Source: a virus (lineage: Duplodnaviria; Caudoviricetes). From it: a DNA stretch of 64,000 nucleotides. The translations under genes and the position numbers were made by a program. The notes beneath the pieces were generated by a model, which saw only the letters and a list, made by a program, of their open reading frames with translations, was not told the DNA's origin and made no database searches. This document shows positions 39,620 to 49,685 of this stretch, piece by piece (position 1 is the stretch's first letter; each line of letters begins with the position of its first letter). The stretch covers positions 32,001-96,000 of the IMG/VR virus record IMGVR_UViG_3300029305_005724; one strand, written 5' to 3'.

Positions 39620-41593
39620 TTAAATAGTAACCTTATAGGTATTAGCTGCAGTAACGGCTTCAGCCCAATCCTTAACAAATACCTTATAAGCTTTAGCTTC
39701 ATAACCATTTGCACCCTCAACATCAATCTGCATAAGAGTGAAAGCAGTATTAATCTGCGCATCAGACGCATTAGCATCCTTAACAGAAGAGAGCTGATTA
39801 AGAGAAGTTGCATCAGCAGGATATGCGATAACAGCTCTCATACAGCCAACGGGAATAGGCATATTAAATGCGCTTCCAGCAGCCACAGCCTTACCGGTCT
39901 TCGTCAAGCTACGAATAAGAGCAGACGTAAGATCGGTTTTGCTAGTAAATGTACCATAGAAGCAGTTACGATATGCCGTAATAGCAGCAGTAGTCTTAGA
40001 CTTAGATCCAGCAGCAATACCGGCCTTAGAACAAGCTTTCTTAAAGTTTGTTGCAGGGGTATATGCGGATGCATCATAGGAAGCTTCTGCAGTAACCTTG
40101 TAGTTAATACCATCGGTAACCTCGATAGTACCGAAGTCTGCCGTATTGCCATCAGTAAATTCAGTACCCTTAGTATCGGAGATCTTCCAAGACTTAGCAG
40201 CAATGCCAGCCGAAGTAGAAGCTTCGAACTTGCCATCTCCATCGATTCTACCGTACTGATAGGTACCAGCACTAAGTGCAGCAGTTACAGCCACAGCAAC
40301 TTCCGTACCAGCCTCATAAGCCTTGAACTCACTATCGGAGCTACTAGAGAAACTTACAGCAGGCTGAGTAACATCAGGATCAGTATCTTCCTTTGCAGTA
40401 AGCTGATTGAGTGCCGTAGCAATATCAGTACCAGCATTTGCAATAGTAGCCTGACCATTAGTCAGCGTCTGATGAACACCGATTTTGCTAGTGGTAATCC
40501 AATCTGCAGGCAGAATGATCTTGCTAGCATCATAATCGGAATCAAATGCCTTCCACTGTTCACCATCAAACTGATAAACAGTCTTCTGAACCTTCCCGGT
40601 TGTTCCGATAGGCTCAGATACGATAGCCACATCTCCCTTAACAGGAGTATGACCAGTTACGGCCTCTTCCAGAGAAGCGCCTTCATAAACGCTAGTATTA
40701 GGAATGAGGTCTTCAAACTTCTTGCCAGAATCAACAACATTACCTTCAGCATCAAGAATAGCGATATCGCCATCAACAGCATCGGCAACCTTATCCATCT
40801 TGCCAGAAATATCAATAGGAGCTACATAGAGACCATTTTCATCGCAAGTAATCAGGTTTCCAGCAGCAGTCGAAATCTTGATAGAGCCCTTAATAACGCT
40901 TCCTTCAACAGTAAGGCTAAGTGCCTTTCCATCACCCTCAGCAGTATATGTGTCAACAAGATCTCCAACAGGAATGGTTACAGAGTCGGTCTTCTCAGCA
41001 TCGAAATAGAGAACAATGTTCTTATTCTCAGCATCATATTCACCGGCAGTAACGAAACGCTCAAGATCGAGCGAAATAGGATCGCCAATGGCATTTCCAG
41101 AAGCATCAGCAAGCTGAAGTTTGCCAGTAGCAGCCTCATAGGTAAGGGTTACACCAAGACCATCAAATACGATAGTTTCAGTATCTTTATTACCCTTAGT
41201 TACGGTAAGGAGATGCTCAGCACTATCCCAAGACAGCGAGCTTACAACACCATCCGAACCAACAGCTTTAGCAATCTCTGCAGCGACAAAAGCAGCAACT
41301 GCCTTTGCAGATACAGGATTGGTACCATCTGCAGTAACATCATCTACAACGGGCTTAATTACAGTGGTCCACTTAGAACCATCGTAAATACGACCCTCAA
41401 GAGTAGTGGAGTTAATATACAGACGATTTCTTGCAATACTGGTAGTAGGCAGTTCTGTATAAAGAACTACACTCTCAGTAAACGGTTCAGCACCACGGTA
41501 AATCTCACGAGTATCGCTCAAGAAGTACATATGACCATCCTGAGGAGTACCGGCATGATACATAGCCGAGGTGACAATATGCCACATCATCAT
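39620..41593 (-). CDS. Fibre/decoration-like virion protein with Ig-like C-terminus
   Basis: IPVGDLVDTYTA and ENGLYV fibre motifs, beta-rich C-terminus; N-terminus shared with 36199. Confidence 0.7.
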   Translation of the reverse strand: MMMWHIVTSAMYHAGTPQDGHMYFLSDTREIYRGAEPFTESVVLYTELPTTSIARNRLYINSTTLEGRIYDGSKWTTVIKPVVDDVTADGTNPVSAKAVAAFVAAEIAKAVGSDGVVSSLSWDSAEHLLTVTKGNKDTETIVFDGLGVTLTYEAATGKLQLADASGNAIGDPISLDLERFVTAGEYDAENKNIVLYFDAEKTDSVTIPVGDLVDTYTAEGDGKALSLTVEGSVIKGSIKISTAAGNLITCDENGLYVAPIDISGKMDKVADAVDGDIAILDAEGNVVDSGKKFEDLIPNTSVYEGASLEEAVTGHTPVKGDVAIVSEPIGTTGKVQKTVYQFDGEQWKAFDSDYDASKIILPADWITTSKIGVHQTLTNGQATIANAGTDIATALNQLTAKEDTDPDVTQPAVSFSSSSDSEFKAYEAGTEVAVAVTAALSAGTYQYGRIDGDGKFEASTSAGIAAKSWKISDTKGTEFTDGNTADFGTIEVTDGINYKVTAEASYDASAYTPATNFKKACSKAGIAAGSKSKTTAAITAYRNCFYGTFTSKTDLTSALIRSLTKTGKAVAAGSAFNMPIPVGCMRAVIAYPADATSLNQLSSVKDANASDAQINTAFTLMQIDVEGANGYEAKAYKVFVKDWAEAVTAANTYKVTI

Positions 41594-41768
41594 AAGAGTA
41601 TAAATCCTCCTTATTATAAGATTTTAAAGCTAATTACTAGGAACCCAAATCCCTAATATTAAACCTTTACTTAATTTGTTCGATCTGAAAATTCTATCAG
41701 ATCTTATATTTTAGCATTTCACTGATGCAATAAAAGAGGGGCAGAATTATAAATTCTGCCCCAGTATA

Positions 41769-42857
41769 TTACATACCATCCGACCAGGAAGAAGATGCTT
41801 TAAGATCTTCAACATCTTGCTCAAGCACAGTAACAGTCTGATGAATAATTACAGTATCACCATTTTTAGCAAACCATTCTTCCTCAGTACCTTCAAATCC
41901 ATGCTCTAGTGCAAGCTCATATGCACTTTTTCCGTCAGCACCTCTAAGAGAATTTAACCATTCTTGGACAGTGCCCTCAAAGCCATTATCGCAGGCTAGT
42001 TCATAGGCACTTTTTCCATTAGTTCCTCTAAGAGAAGCAAGCCATTCAGCTTCTGTACCTTCAAATCCATGCTCTACGTCAAGTTCATAGGCACTCTTTC
42101 CAGGATTGCCATCTTCTCCAGGTTCACCCTTAAGAGATTCAAGCCATTCCTCTTCAGTACCTTCAAATCCATGATCACAAGCAATCTGGTATGCGCTCTT
42201 ACCATCTTTTCCAGGAGCTCCAGAGCCTCCACCCTCTCCACCTCCATGGAGAGATTCAAGCCACTCTTCTACAGTCCCTTCAAAGCCATAATCGCAAGCA
42301 ATTTCATAAGCACTCTTTCCAGGAGCACCCTTAAGAGATTCAAGCCACTCTTCTTCAGTGCCTTCAAATCCATTATTCACAGCAATCTGATAAGCACTAA
42401 ATCCAGGAGTTCCTTGGCACTCTTTTACCCAATCTTCACGAGTTCCTTCATAACCGCATTCGACGGCGATCTCATAATTATCTTTTCCAGGATAGCCTCT
42501 CATAGACTCTAGCCAATCAGTTACAGTTCCAACAAATCCATGTTGGAGAGCAATCTGATAAGCATCATTTGGTGTCACATCCTTAATATACTGAATCTGA
42601 TGGAAATAGATTCTTTCTTTACGACTAGAATTGTCCTCAGACCAGTCAAACAGTACATAGCTATTATGGGGCATAGCTCTATTTTGTACTACATTAACAA
42701 TCTTACCCGTACGGTTAATGCTCTTACCATTAGAAATGTAGTATATATCATAAATACCATCATCTGTAACAACGAGATTTTCAACCATACCATTTCCAAG
42801 AGTTACACAAATTCTGTAAATCTTTTTATCTACACATTCGGCAGAAATAATAGGCAT
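41769..42857 (-). CDS. Virion protein with eight (GKSAYEIA..GFEGTEEEWLESLKG)-type repeats
   Basis: Repeats visible in protein and DNA, with short Gly-X-Y linkers; a repeat type common in phage fibre proteins. Confidence 0.85.
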   Translation of the reverse strand: MPIISAECVDKKIYRICVTLGNGMVENLVVTDDGIYDIYYISNGKSINRTGKIVNVVQNRAMPHNSYVLFDWSEDNSSRKERIYFHQIQYIKDVTPNDAYQIALQHGFVGTVTDWLESMRGYPGKDNYEIAVECGYEGTREDWVKECQGTPGFSAYQIAVNNGFEGTEEEWLESLKGAPGKSAYEIACDYGFEGTVEEWLESLHGGGEGGGSGAPGKDGKSAYQIACDHGFEGTEEEWLESLKGEPGEDGNPGKSAYELDVEHGFEGTEAEWLASLRGTNGKSAYELACDNGFEGTVQEWLNSLRGADGKSAYELALEHGFEGTEEEWFAKNGDTVIIHQTVTVLEQDVEDLKASSSWSDGM

Positions 42858-42949
42858 ATCTAATCTACCTCCTTAATTTATATCGATTATTAAATAGTTA
42901 CAAAAGGCAAACCCCTATGCCCGAAAGCATAGGGGTTATTTAAGGCATT

Positions 42950-44074
42950 TTATCCAATGCCTAGATAGAACTTGACTAGATCATCAAGTGATAGATCGGT
43001 CTTAGAACCATTAACTACTAGTGATACATTATCGCCATTAATAATAGCTTTAGACCCATCTTCATACTTATATTCAAACTTCTGATTCTTATCGCAGCAT
43101 TCACAGCAATTCGGTTCAGAAGTATCTTCAATAACTCCTTCTCCATTCTCTGAAGGAGAATATACAGTACTGCATCCTCTAATCTGATCAAGCATAATGG
43201 TTTCATATCTACCTTCAAAGGTATCAGAAGTATCCATTACAATTTTCACAGGAGGTGCTGGAGGTTGTTTCATGAAATCATGCTTTGTTGTACAGCAATC
43301 ATCCTCATAACCAGCATATACAGAATTCTTTGCTCCAATATTTTCTCTAACTACGGTAGGACCGTGATGATGAGGAGCATGATCTGGATGAGGGAGCTCA
43401 GTGATTTCAGCAATCTTTGCCCTTACCTCAAATATAGTACCATTTCTAGACATGTATGTAATATCATAAATACCATCTTTTTCAAGATTTACGTATTTAA
43501 CAGCATTCTCAATACTGTCATCGAAGAACTCTAGATGAATAACAATGGCCTTAACCATTGTAGCAGAAATTCCAAGTAACAAAACTTTTGTTCCTCCTTT
43601 TGGTTTTTTATTTTGACCATTGTCACTGAGTATGTAAGATACATCTATCAAATTGGCCAGCGGAATAAAGATAATTTCAGTCTCATTATACTTACTTGTA
43701 TCAGGTGGATTAAGAACACAATTACAAGTAGGCATAGGAGGCTGATTAGTTTTCATGAATAAATGATAATCTTTGCAATTATGCTTTTTATCGCATGAAT
43801 TGCAGTTTGGCTTCTTTTTATCACTATTATGAATTGTCTTTACCTTAATTTGATCTGTAAATACGTCTAATACTAAACCAGTAATAGAACGCCTAGATCC
43901 AGTAGAAGCATCATAAAATGTAAAGTTATATTCCATATTAGTAAATACCTTTACATCTTTCATTTTTGCCCCTAAATCATTAGAAATAGTTACGTTTAAA
44001 TAGGAAAGCAGCTCAGCGTTTGTTAGCCTTGTTTGAATGAAGCTTCTTTCCAGACTGTACGTTTGTCGTCCCAT
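42950..44074 (-). CDS. Cys/His-rich hypothetical protein sharing a domain with 41769..42857
   Basis: DGIYDITY...IVMDTS....ETIMLDQI compared with DGIYDIYY...VLFDWS....ERIYFHQI. Start MGRQ after aaggagg. Confidence 0.7.
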   Translation of the reverse strand: MGRQTYSLERSFIQTRLTNAELLSYLNVTISNDLGAKMKDVKVFTNMEYNFTFYDASTGSRRSITGLVLDVFTDQIKVKTIHNSDKKKPNCNSCDKKHNCKDYHLFMKTNQPPMPTCNCVLNPPDTSKYNETEIIFIPLANLIDVSYILSDNGQNKKPKGGTKVLLLGISATMVKAIVIHLEFFDDSIENAVKYVNLEKDGIYDITYMSRNGTIFEVRAKIAEITELPHPDHAPHHHGPTVVRENIGAKNSVYAGYEDDCCTTKHDFMKQPPAPPVKIVMDTSDTFEGRYETIMLDQIRGCSTVYSPSENGEGVIEDTSEPNCCECCDKNQKFEYKYEDGSKAIINGDNVSLVVNGSKTDLSLDDLVKFYLGIG

Positions 44075-45272
44075 AGAATTCGGCCTCCTTATTACGTATA
44101 AATGCAATCATATCGCAAATATTATTAATAAGTTCAACGCTAAAGTCTGTTTTAGCTTCCTGAGTAAGTCTGAGGACGGCAATATTCTTAACCAGATAAT
44201 ACATATATGCTGCATCGATTACATCATCAGGGTTAAGACCTCTAGTTGTAATAGTAATAAGAATACAGAATTTCTTAATGTCTACTTCTGTAACTTTAAG
44301 ATCTCTAATTTTATTATAAAGATCTACATTTGTTACAAATTCTTCTGCATTCAATACATTAATTGCAGCAGCATCATCAATAAGAATCTTTCTAAGAGCA
44401 ATGGGCATTTCTTTTGCATCTGTCATTTTAAATTGAGATTTAGAGTTGCAATAATTGTAATTATCAAGGCATCTCTTAAACTCGAGCTCATAACGACGAA
44501 CAGCTTTTCTAGTATGACTAGAATTTTCAAAGCATTCCTTAGCATAAGAGAATGTATAAGATCTCTTAAATGCATCACGAACTTTTTCAAGAGTTTCTGC
44601 CTTATCAGGAAATTCATCCTTAATTTTTTCGATCATTGCAGGAATACGAACTTCCATAGTTTCCCTTGTATGCTCGCTATAAAGGTCAGAAATGCTAGGC
44701 ATATTCAGAGCTTCATCAATAGATTTCTGGAAGTCAATAAATGCCTGCTCAACATCTGCATCTTGAACGAATTCATTCATGACAAATCTAGCCACATCTT
44801 CCTTTCTATTTACAGGAATATTGTTTGCGGCCATAAGAGCATCAATATTATCCTGGAAGAATTTAGGCAAATTATCATAAACCTTATACTTACCATCTTT
44901 CATCTTAGTTACAACTTCAAGAATCTGGTACGTATCTTCATCAGAAATATTAAAATCTCCTTTGATTTTATCAACTGCACGATTTCTAACAGCTTCTTCT
45001 ACAGCCTCTTTATTATCAACATCAAAAATGCTTACATCAGCAGCAGGAAAATGATCGATTTCTTGAGCAATAAGATCAATTTCATTTTCTTCATTGAGAG
45101 TTGCATCGACAGTTTCGGCTTCAAGAGGCGCATCGGGATTTACAGTAGTTTCTTCAGCAATTTTGCGAATATCAACTACATCCTTATCTACAGAATCTTC
45201 TGCAGCTTTAGCAAGTTCATCAACCTGCTCATCTGTTAGGGTTGTGTTTTTAATTTCATTTGTGTTTTCCAT
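44013..45272 (-). CDS. Hypothetical protein with acidic N-terminus
   Basis: RBS aaggag; long ORF in an operon. Confidence 0.8.
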   Translation of the reverse strand: MENTNEIKNTTLTDEQVDELAKAAEDSVDKDVVDIRKIAEETTVNPDAPLEAETVDATLNEENEIDLIAQEIDHFPAADVSIFDVDNKEAVEEAVRNRAVDKIKGDFNISDEDTYQILEVVTKMKDGKYKVYDNLPKFFQDNIDALMAANNIPVNRKEDVARFVMNEFVQDADVEQAFIDFQKSIDEALNMPSISDLYSEHTRETMEVRIPAMIEKIKDEFPDKAETLEKVRDAFKRSYTFSYAKECFENSSHTRKAVRRYELEFKRCLDNYNYCNSKSQFKMTDAKEMPIALRKILIDDAAAINVLNAEEFVTNVDLYNKIRDLKVTEVDIKKFCILITITTRGLNPDDVIDAAYMYYLVKNIAVLRLTQEAKTDFSVELINNICDMIAFIRNKEAEFYGTTNVQSGKKLHSNKANKR

Positions 45273-45284
45273 GTCATTTTCTCC

Positions 45285-46112
45285 TTAATTTTCAGAATCT
45301 GAAACTTCAGATGCCTGCATATTAGAATCTACATCAGCTGCTGTTATAGTCTGATCATGATGCATAGCTAGCTCTTGAAGCTTAAATCTAATACTAGTAA
45401 TTACATCAGCTCTGATATCACTATGCAATATACTAATATAAGCTTTTTCAAAGAAATTAGAATTAGCAGAAACAATATTTAGGAAATATCTTTTCATTTC
45501 CGAATTGTTTCCGCAGATTAGAGAAATAATAAGATGGAAAGGCATTTCCATTCCACATACTTCTGTGATAACCTTATCAATATTTGCATTGATAATTGCA
45601 AGCTTAATATCTTTATATACACGCTTGCTATAAATTGTGCTACTATCTTTATTCTTTTTAAGGTCAGTCAACCCAAGAGAATCGTAAAGATAACTACGTT
45701 CACGATAAATAAAATTAGCGAAGAAAGATACCATATTATTGGTAAATTCGCATACCATCAAGTTATAAAGATGGAAAGCTGCAGAATAAAGATCGATATC
45801 AGGATCTATAGTAAAATTCAAATCAAATTCTCTACAAATAATATCAATGATTTCTTTATACGTCTCGTTTCTTACTCTAAGAACTTCATCGCGACTATCT
45901 GCTCCATATCTTGCAATAATAGCCTTAAAGTTCTGCTCCCAAGCTCCTACGACATTTGGTTTTGTAAGTACATGGACTCCAGAAAACCTGCTTTTAAGAG
46001 CTTCATCGACAATAGTAAATACAAATTCTGAATTGTAATGAGACAATACATCTGCAAGTTCATTTTCTGTTGTAATATTAAAAGACTGCAGATTTGCATT
46101 AAAACTACTCAT
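45285..46112 (-). CDS. Hypothetical protein
   Basis: RBS aaggag before MSSF. Confidence 0.8.
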   Translation of the reverse strand: MSSFNANLQSFNITTENELADVLSHYNSEFVFTIVDEALKSRFSGVHVLTKPNVVGAWEQNFKAIIARYGADSRDEVLRVRNETYKEIIDIICREFDLNFTIDPDIDLYSAAFHLYNLMVCEFTNNMVSFFANFIYRERSYLYDSLGLTDLKKNKDSSTIYSKRVYKDIKLAIINANIDKVITEVCGMEMPFHLIISLICGNNSEMKRYFLNIVSANSNFFEKAYISILHSDIRADVITSIRFKLQELAMHHDQTITAADVDSNMQASEVSDSEN

Positions 46113-46214
46113 AAGTATGAAATCTCCTTTCATAAATTCTTATGTTTAAGTTCGCCTAAAAATAAAGATGAAAAAAAAATAAAGAGGAACGATATAATCG
46201 TTCCTCTTTTTAAT

Positions 46215-48467
46215 TTATTCATCATCACAATCATCAGGAATTGAAGCAGAGGCTGTAACCTTATCAGGATCTTCAAAGAAGATCATAGGCTCATAGAATT
46301 CTCCAGGATTTGGCTTGAATTCTTCTTCCTTAGGCGGTTCTATTCCTTGAATTGCATACTGAGGTTTTTCCATAAAGAATAGATCCATAAATGATGAACC
46401 ATTCTTTTTGAAGGTTAGCGGATTATAAAGAAGTTTTCCTACTTTTTGATAGCTCATAGATACCGTGATACTAGGATTGCAAGTCAATGCTCTGTTGAGT
46501 GACAAAATCTCATAATTAGGATCATAGAGAAACCACTTCGGCTTCTTTAAAATATCCTCAGGATCTCTTAATTGATTGGACACAATAACTTCAATATGAG
46601 TTGAAGATATTCCTAAACCACCGTCATTAGCTGTCTCCAGAAGTGCTTGAAGAAGTTGGTGGATATCCATTCCTTTAATCGTACTATTTTTATTCAGTAG
46701 ATTATTCAAGTGATTAAGAGTCTTAGAAAGTTCATTATTCTCGATAGGAACAATAAACAATGTCATTTCTGCAAGTTCAGAAAAGTCTACATGAATACAT
46801 CCATCAATAGGCTCACCTTTCTTTCTAATAACAGAATTAAATTCATTAGAAATATAAAGCTTTGCTCCTTTGTCATTGGATATATGGAATGTTTCTCCAT
46901 TCTGAATTACATCAAATTCTGTAATATATTCATTATAAATAGAAGGTCCATCATCGTCATCTCCCCCGAGATCATCGTCTTCTTCGTTTTCAAGTTCAAT
47001 GAACTCCGGATCAAGAACGAAAGTACAATTCTTAGATTCGGCATCGGAATTAATACGAATCATGTTTCCTTCAACTTCAAAGAGCTCTGCAAATTTATCA
47101 ACCCAAACAAGTTTTTCAACAAATGTTTCAAGAAGATGCTTTGCAGAAAGAAGCTTCTGAGTAAGGCTAGATGACAATGTTTCACTAGCGATACGTCCTA
47201 CATTAACACCAAAATTAATTGCAGCATCATAAACTGTATATGCAAGATCCCCATAGCATTTATAACAAATACCTTGTCCTCTTGCTGCTGATGCACAAGT
47301 AATAGGCGAACGTAATAGAATTTCTTTACCGATAAGATGCTTATCTTTAGGAGTAATAAGCATTTCAACCCCATGAGGATCTAATCTATAATATCTATTA
47401 CGAAGCATTTTTAATGTTTTAGCGTCCTTAATAGTAATTCTGACAAAATTAGGACTGCAGCAATCATAGTTGGGATCAGGATTCAAAAACGAATCCATAT
47501 TATTCAAACCAAGAAGACGTGCAAAGTGTCCAGAAGAACCAACGTTATTATATTTAATAATTTGCGCTGTTCTACCTGTAGATGATTCAATGAAATAATC
47601 AATGGGATTTGCTACACCGCCATTGATAAATGAGTTATAAATCGGAACAGGGAAAATGCCTCCATGACCATCAGGCTTGCTTCCGATATTAATTGTAAAT
47701 TCTTTAAACTGCTTCGGGTTTATTCCTTCAGAAGCTCTACAAGCATCTGCAAGACAATGATCATAACCCAAATATTGTTTTGCATTTTTCATAATATCGA
47801 TTGCTCTGTTAGCGAATTTCATACCTTCTGCTTTAACATCTTCAATCGGTACATTATGAAGATCTGCATGCATACATTCATAGAATTCAGGGCATTTCTG
47901 CATAAGCAAAACATTATCTTCAAGATTAACTGTATTTGCCAAAAAGAGTGCAAATTCATCTATATCATGAATACGATGCAGCGTATCATCAATGATATTA
48001 TTAAGCTCTTTATTAGAGAATTTTTTGCGGCTAGTATCGATAAGAAATTTATCAATATAATCTTTAATTGTATCTTTCTTTATCTCATTTGCAAAGAATA
48101 CATGCTTTGATTCTACAGGAACCCCTGTCTGAATTAGCATATCCCACATAATAAGATTTAACAAATAATCTGGAACCATCAAATCCAAAACTTTCTTATC
48201 ATAAAAATTTACGACAATAAATGATTTTTGAATTAATTCTGTTTCGATTCCATCTCTAAGAAGATTTAAGACAGAATCATAATGACTCTGCCAGTTTGCT
48301 TTTGTAATGTCTTTTGTTTTGACAAAGACTTGCTCACCATTAACTAATGGGGCATAAATACCATAATTTTCTGGGTGGCCTAATGCGGATGAGCCACAAT
48401 CCTGAACGAAATAACCCTGCTCAAGGCGCATTCGTTCAATTTTTTCGTTGATTGTTTGTTTTGCCAT
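46215..48467 (-). CDS. RNA polymerase beta' subunit, C-terminal half (probably non-virion RNAP)
   Basis: Bridge helix YFIESSTGRTAQ...SSGHFARLL, LRSPITC...GICYKCYG, trigger loop GVNVGRIASE.LS..LTQKLLSAKH; early promoter at 48545-58. Exact start codon (48467 or 48473) uncertain. Confidence 0.92.
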   Translation of the reverse strand: MAKQTINEKIERMRLEQGYFVQDCGSSALGHPENYGIYAPLVNGEQVFVKTKDITKANWQSHYDSVLNLLRDGIETELIQKSFIVVNFYDKKVLDLMVPDYLLNLIMWDMLIQTGVPVESKHVFFANEIKKDTIKDYIDKFLIDTSRKKFSNKELNNIIDDTLHRIHDIDEFALFLANTVNLEDNVLLMQKCPEFYECMHADLHNVPIEDVKAEGMKFANRAIDIMKNAKQYLGYDHCLADACRASEGINPKQFKEFTINIGSKPDGHGGIFPVPIYNSFINGGVANPIDYFIESSTGRTAQIIKYNNVGSSGHFARLLGLNNMDSFLNPDPNYDCCSPNFVRITIKDAKTLKMLRNRYYRLDPHGVEMLITPKDKHLIGKEILLRSPITCASAARGQGICYKCYGDLAYTVYDAAINFGVNVGRIASETLSSSLTQKLLSAKHLLETFVEKLVWVDKFAELFEVEGNMIRINSDAESKNCTFVLDPEFIELENEEDDDLGGDDDDGPSIYNEYITEFDVIQNGETFHISNDKGAKLYISNEFNSVIRKKGEPIDGCIHVDFSELAEMTLFIVPIENNELSKTLNHLNNLLNKNSTIKGMDIHQLLQALLETANDGGLGISSTHIEVIVSNQLRDPEDILKKPKWFLYDPNYEILSLNRALTCNPSITVSMSYQKVGKLLYNPLTFKKNGSSFMDLFFMEKPQYAIQGIEPPKEEEFKPNPGEFYEPMIFFEDPDKVTASASIPDDCDDE

Positions 48468-48564
48468 TTTCATTCTCCTTTTATGTGTATTTTGCTTTTC
48501 GTTGTTATTACTTTGTTTTTGAAACATTAACAACTTATTTTTATCATAATTATAATATGTATCT

Positions 48565-48663
48565 AAAAAGAAATATGCGATAGTCCGAAGACTATCGCAT
48601 ACGTACTTTATTACAATGAAAGGAGATAAACAAAATGAACTTCAACCGAAAACATCTTTGTTT
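48565..48663 (-). ncRNA. Candidate small RNA with one antisense RBS+ATG module
   Basis: Minus-strand AACA-N6-TA at 48663-74, right after the upstream stop codon. The RNA contains gaagttCAT-tttgtttat-CTCCTT and ends at a cUUCGg terminator (48574-48601). Confidence 0.55.
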
Positions 48664-48675
48664 ATATAGATGTTA

Positions 48676-49107
48676 TTACTTTCTGAAATATTCAGGAATA
48701 GAAGCTTCAACAAATTCTTTATCGATAGCTTTCATAACAACAGCAGATTTATCGCCATATTTAGCAATGAGATCATTCATTACTCTACGTTCCTGAATAC
48801 GAAGAGATACAAGCTCATCCCAAAGGGGATCATCCTCTTCCTTTGCCATATGGCAAACTGTAGTTCTGAGAAGAGTATTCACATTACCGTCAGCAAGTCT
48901 ATCAATCATATCCTGATTGATAACTCCAGCTTCCATCATAGCTTTGGCTTCATCAGATTTAATAAATTCTTTAATCTTCGCAGAAGGAAGATTGCTCAAA
49001 GTTTCAAAAACAACTGCCTCACGAAACTGATTAGGGTTCTTGAGGGCACTTTCTAACTTGACATCAGCAGATCCAAAGATCTTGCTGTTTACCATTTCCA
49101 TAAACAT
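48676..49107 (-). CDS. Hypothetical protein (late promoter)
   Basis: RBS gagga; promoter at 49133-44. Confidence 0.8.
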   Translation of the reverse strand: MFMEMVNSKIFGSADVKLESALKNPNQFREAVVFETLSNLPSAKIKEFIKSDEAKAMMEAGVINQDMIDRLADGNVNTLLRTTVCHMAKEEDDPLWDELVSLRIQERRVMNDLIAKYGDKSAVVMKAIDKEFVEASIPEYFRK

Positions 49108-49235
49108 ATCATGAGTCCTCCTAATTGATATTTATATAAATGTTGCTTGATTAGATATTATCATTATGAGCATAATATGAACTTTCATAATGCCAAAAAC
49201 AAAATTATAATATATTAAATGGAGGTATATTAGAA

Positions 49236-49685
49236 ATGCGAATTCCAGACACATTAACAAGACAGCAAGCAATGTATTTGCTTGAAAAATATTTATTAGA
49301 CGAAGAATCAACCCCTAATTTATCACTAGACCAGTTAACAAATGGCTATATAAAAGCAGATCTTGTGCAGCAAGTAAACTGTGATAGAGTTCATAGAATT
49401 TTATATAAGCATAGTAAAAAATATAGAAATCAATCGCCTCATAAGTCTGAGCTTTTAAATTATGAACAAGCTATAGGCAAAATAATGGGATATTTGCTTG
49501 GAGACAATTATTATATCGTAGATCCAGTAAATATGGAGCAAGGAAATTCTGTAATTGTACATGACATTTTAAAGCAATATTCTAAGCGTTATAGAAAAGA
49601 GCTTAGAGAAGAGTCTAAAATGGATACTTACTTTAGATTATTTGGCCGTACTATAATAATCAAAAAGAAGGAGAAGCGTAAATGA
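49236..49685 (+). CDS. Hypothetical protein
   Basis: RBS ggagg; ATGA overlap with the polymerase subunit gene. Confidence 0.75.
   Translation: MRIPDTLTRQQAMYLLEKYLLDEESTPNLSLDQLTNGYIKADLVQQVNCDRVHRILYKHSKKYRNQSPHKSELLNYEQAIGKIMGYLLGDNYYIVDPVNMEQGNSVIVHDILKQYSKRYRKELREESKMDTYFRLFGRTIIIKKKEKRK

Noticed and set aside
38675-41656. 993-aa + strand ORF (also 32313..33392, 37024..37875, 44037..45239, 54221..55558, 60643..61488)
   Set aside because: These are antisense shadows of codon-biased real genes: Ser/Ile-rich, without RBS or recognisable motifs.
41860-42570. DGR template/variable repeat or a mobile repeat
   Set aside because: These are in-frame protein repeats with mostly synonymous divergence; there is no adenine-specific pattern and no reverse transcriptase in the window.
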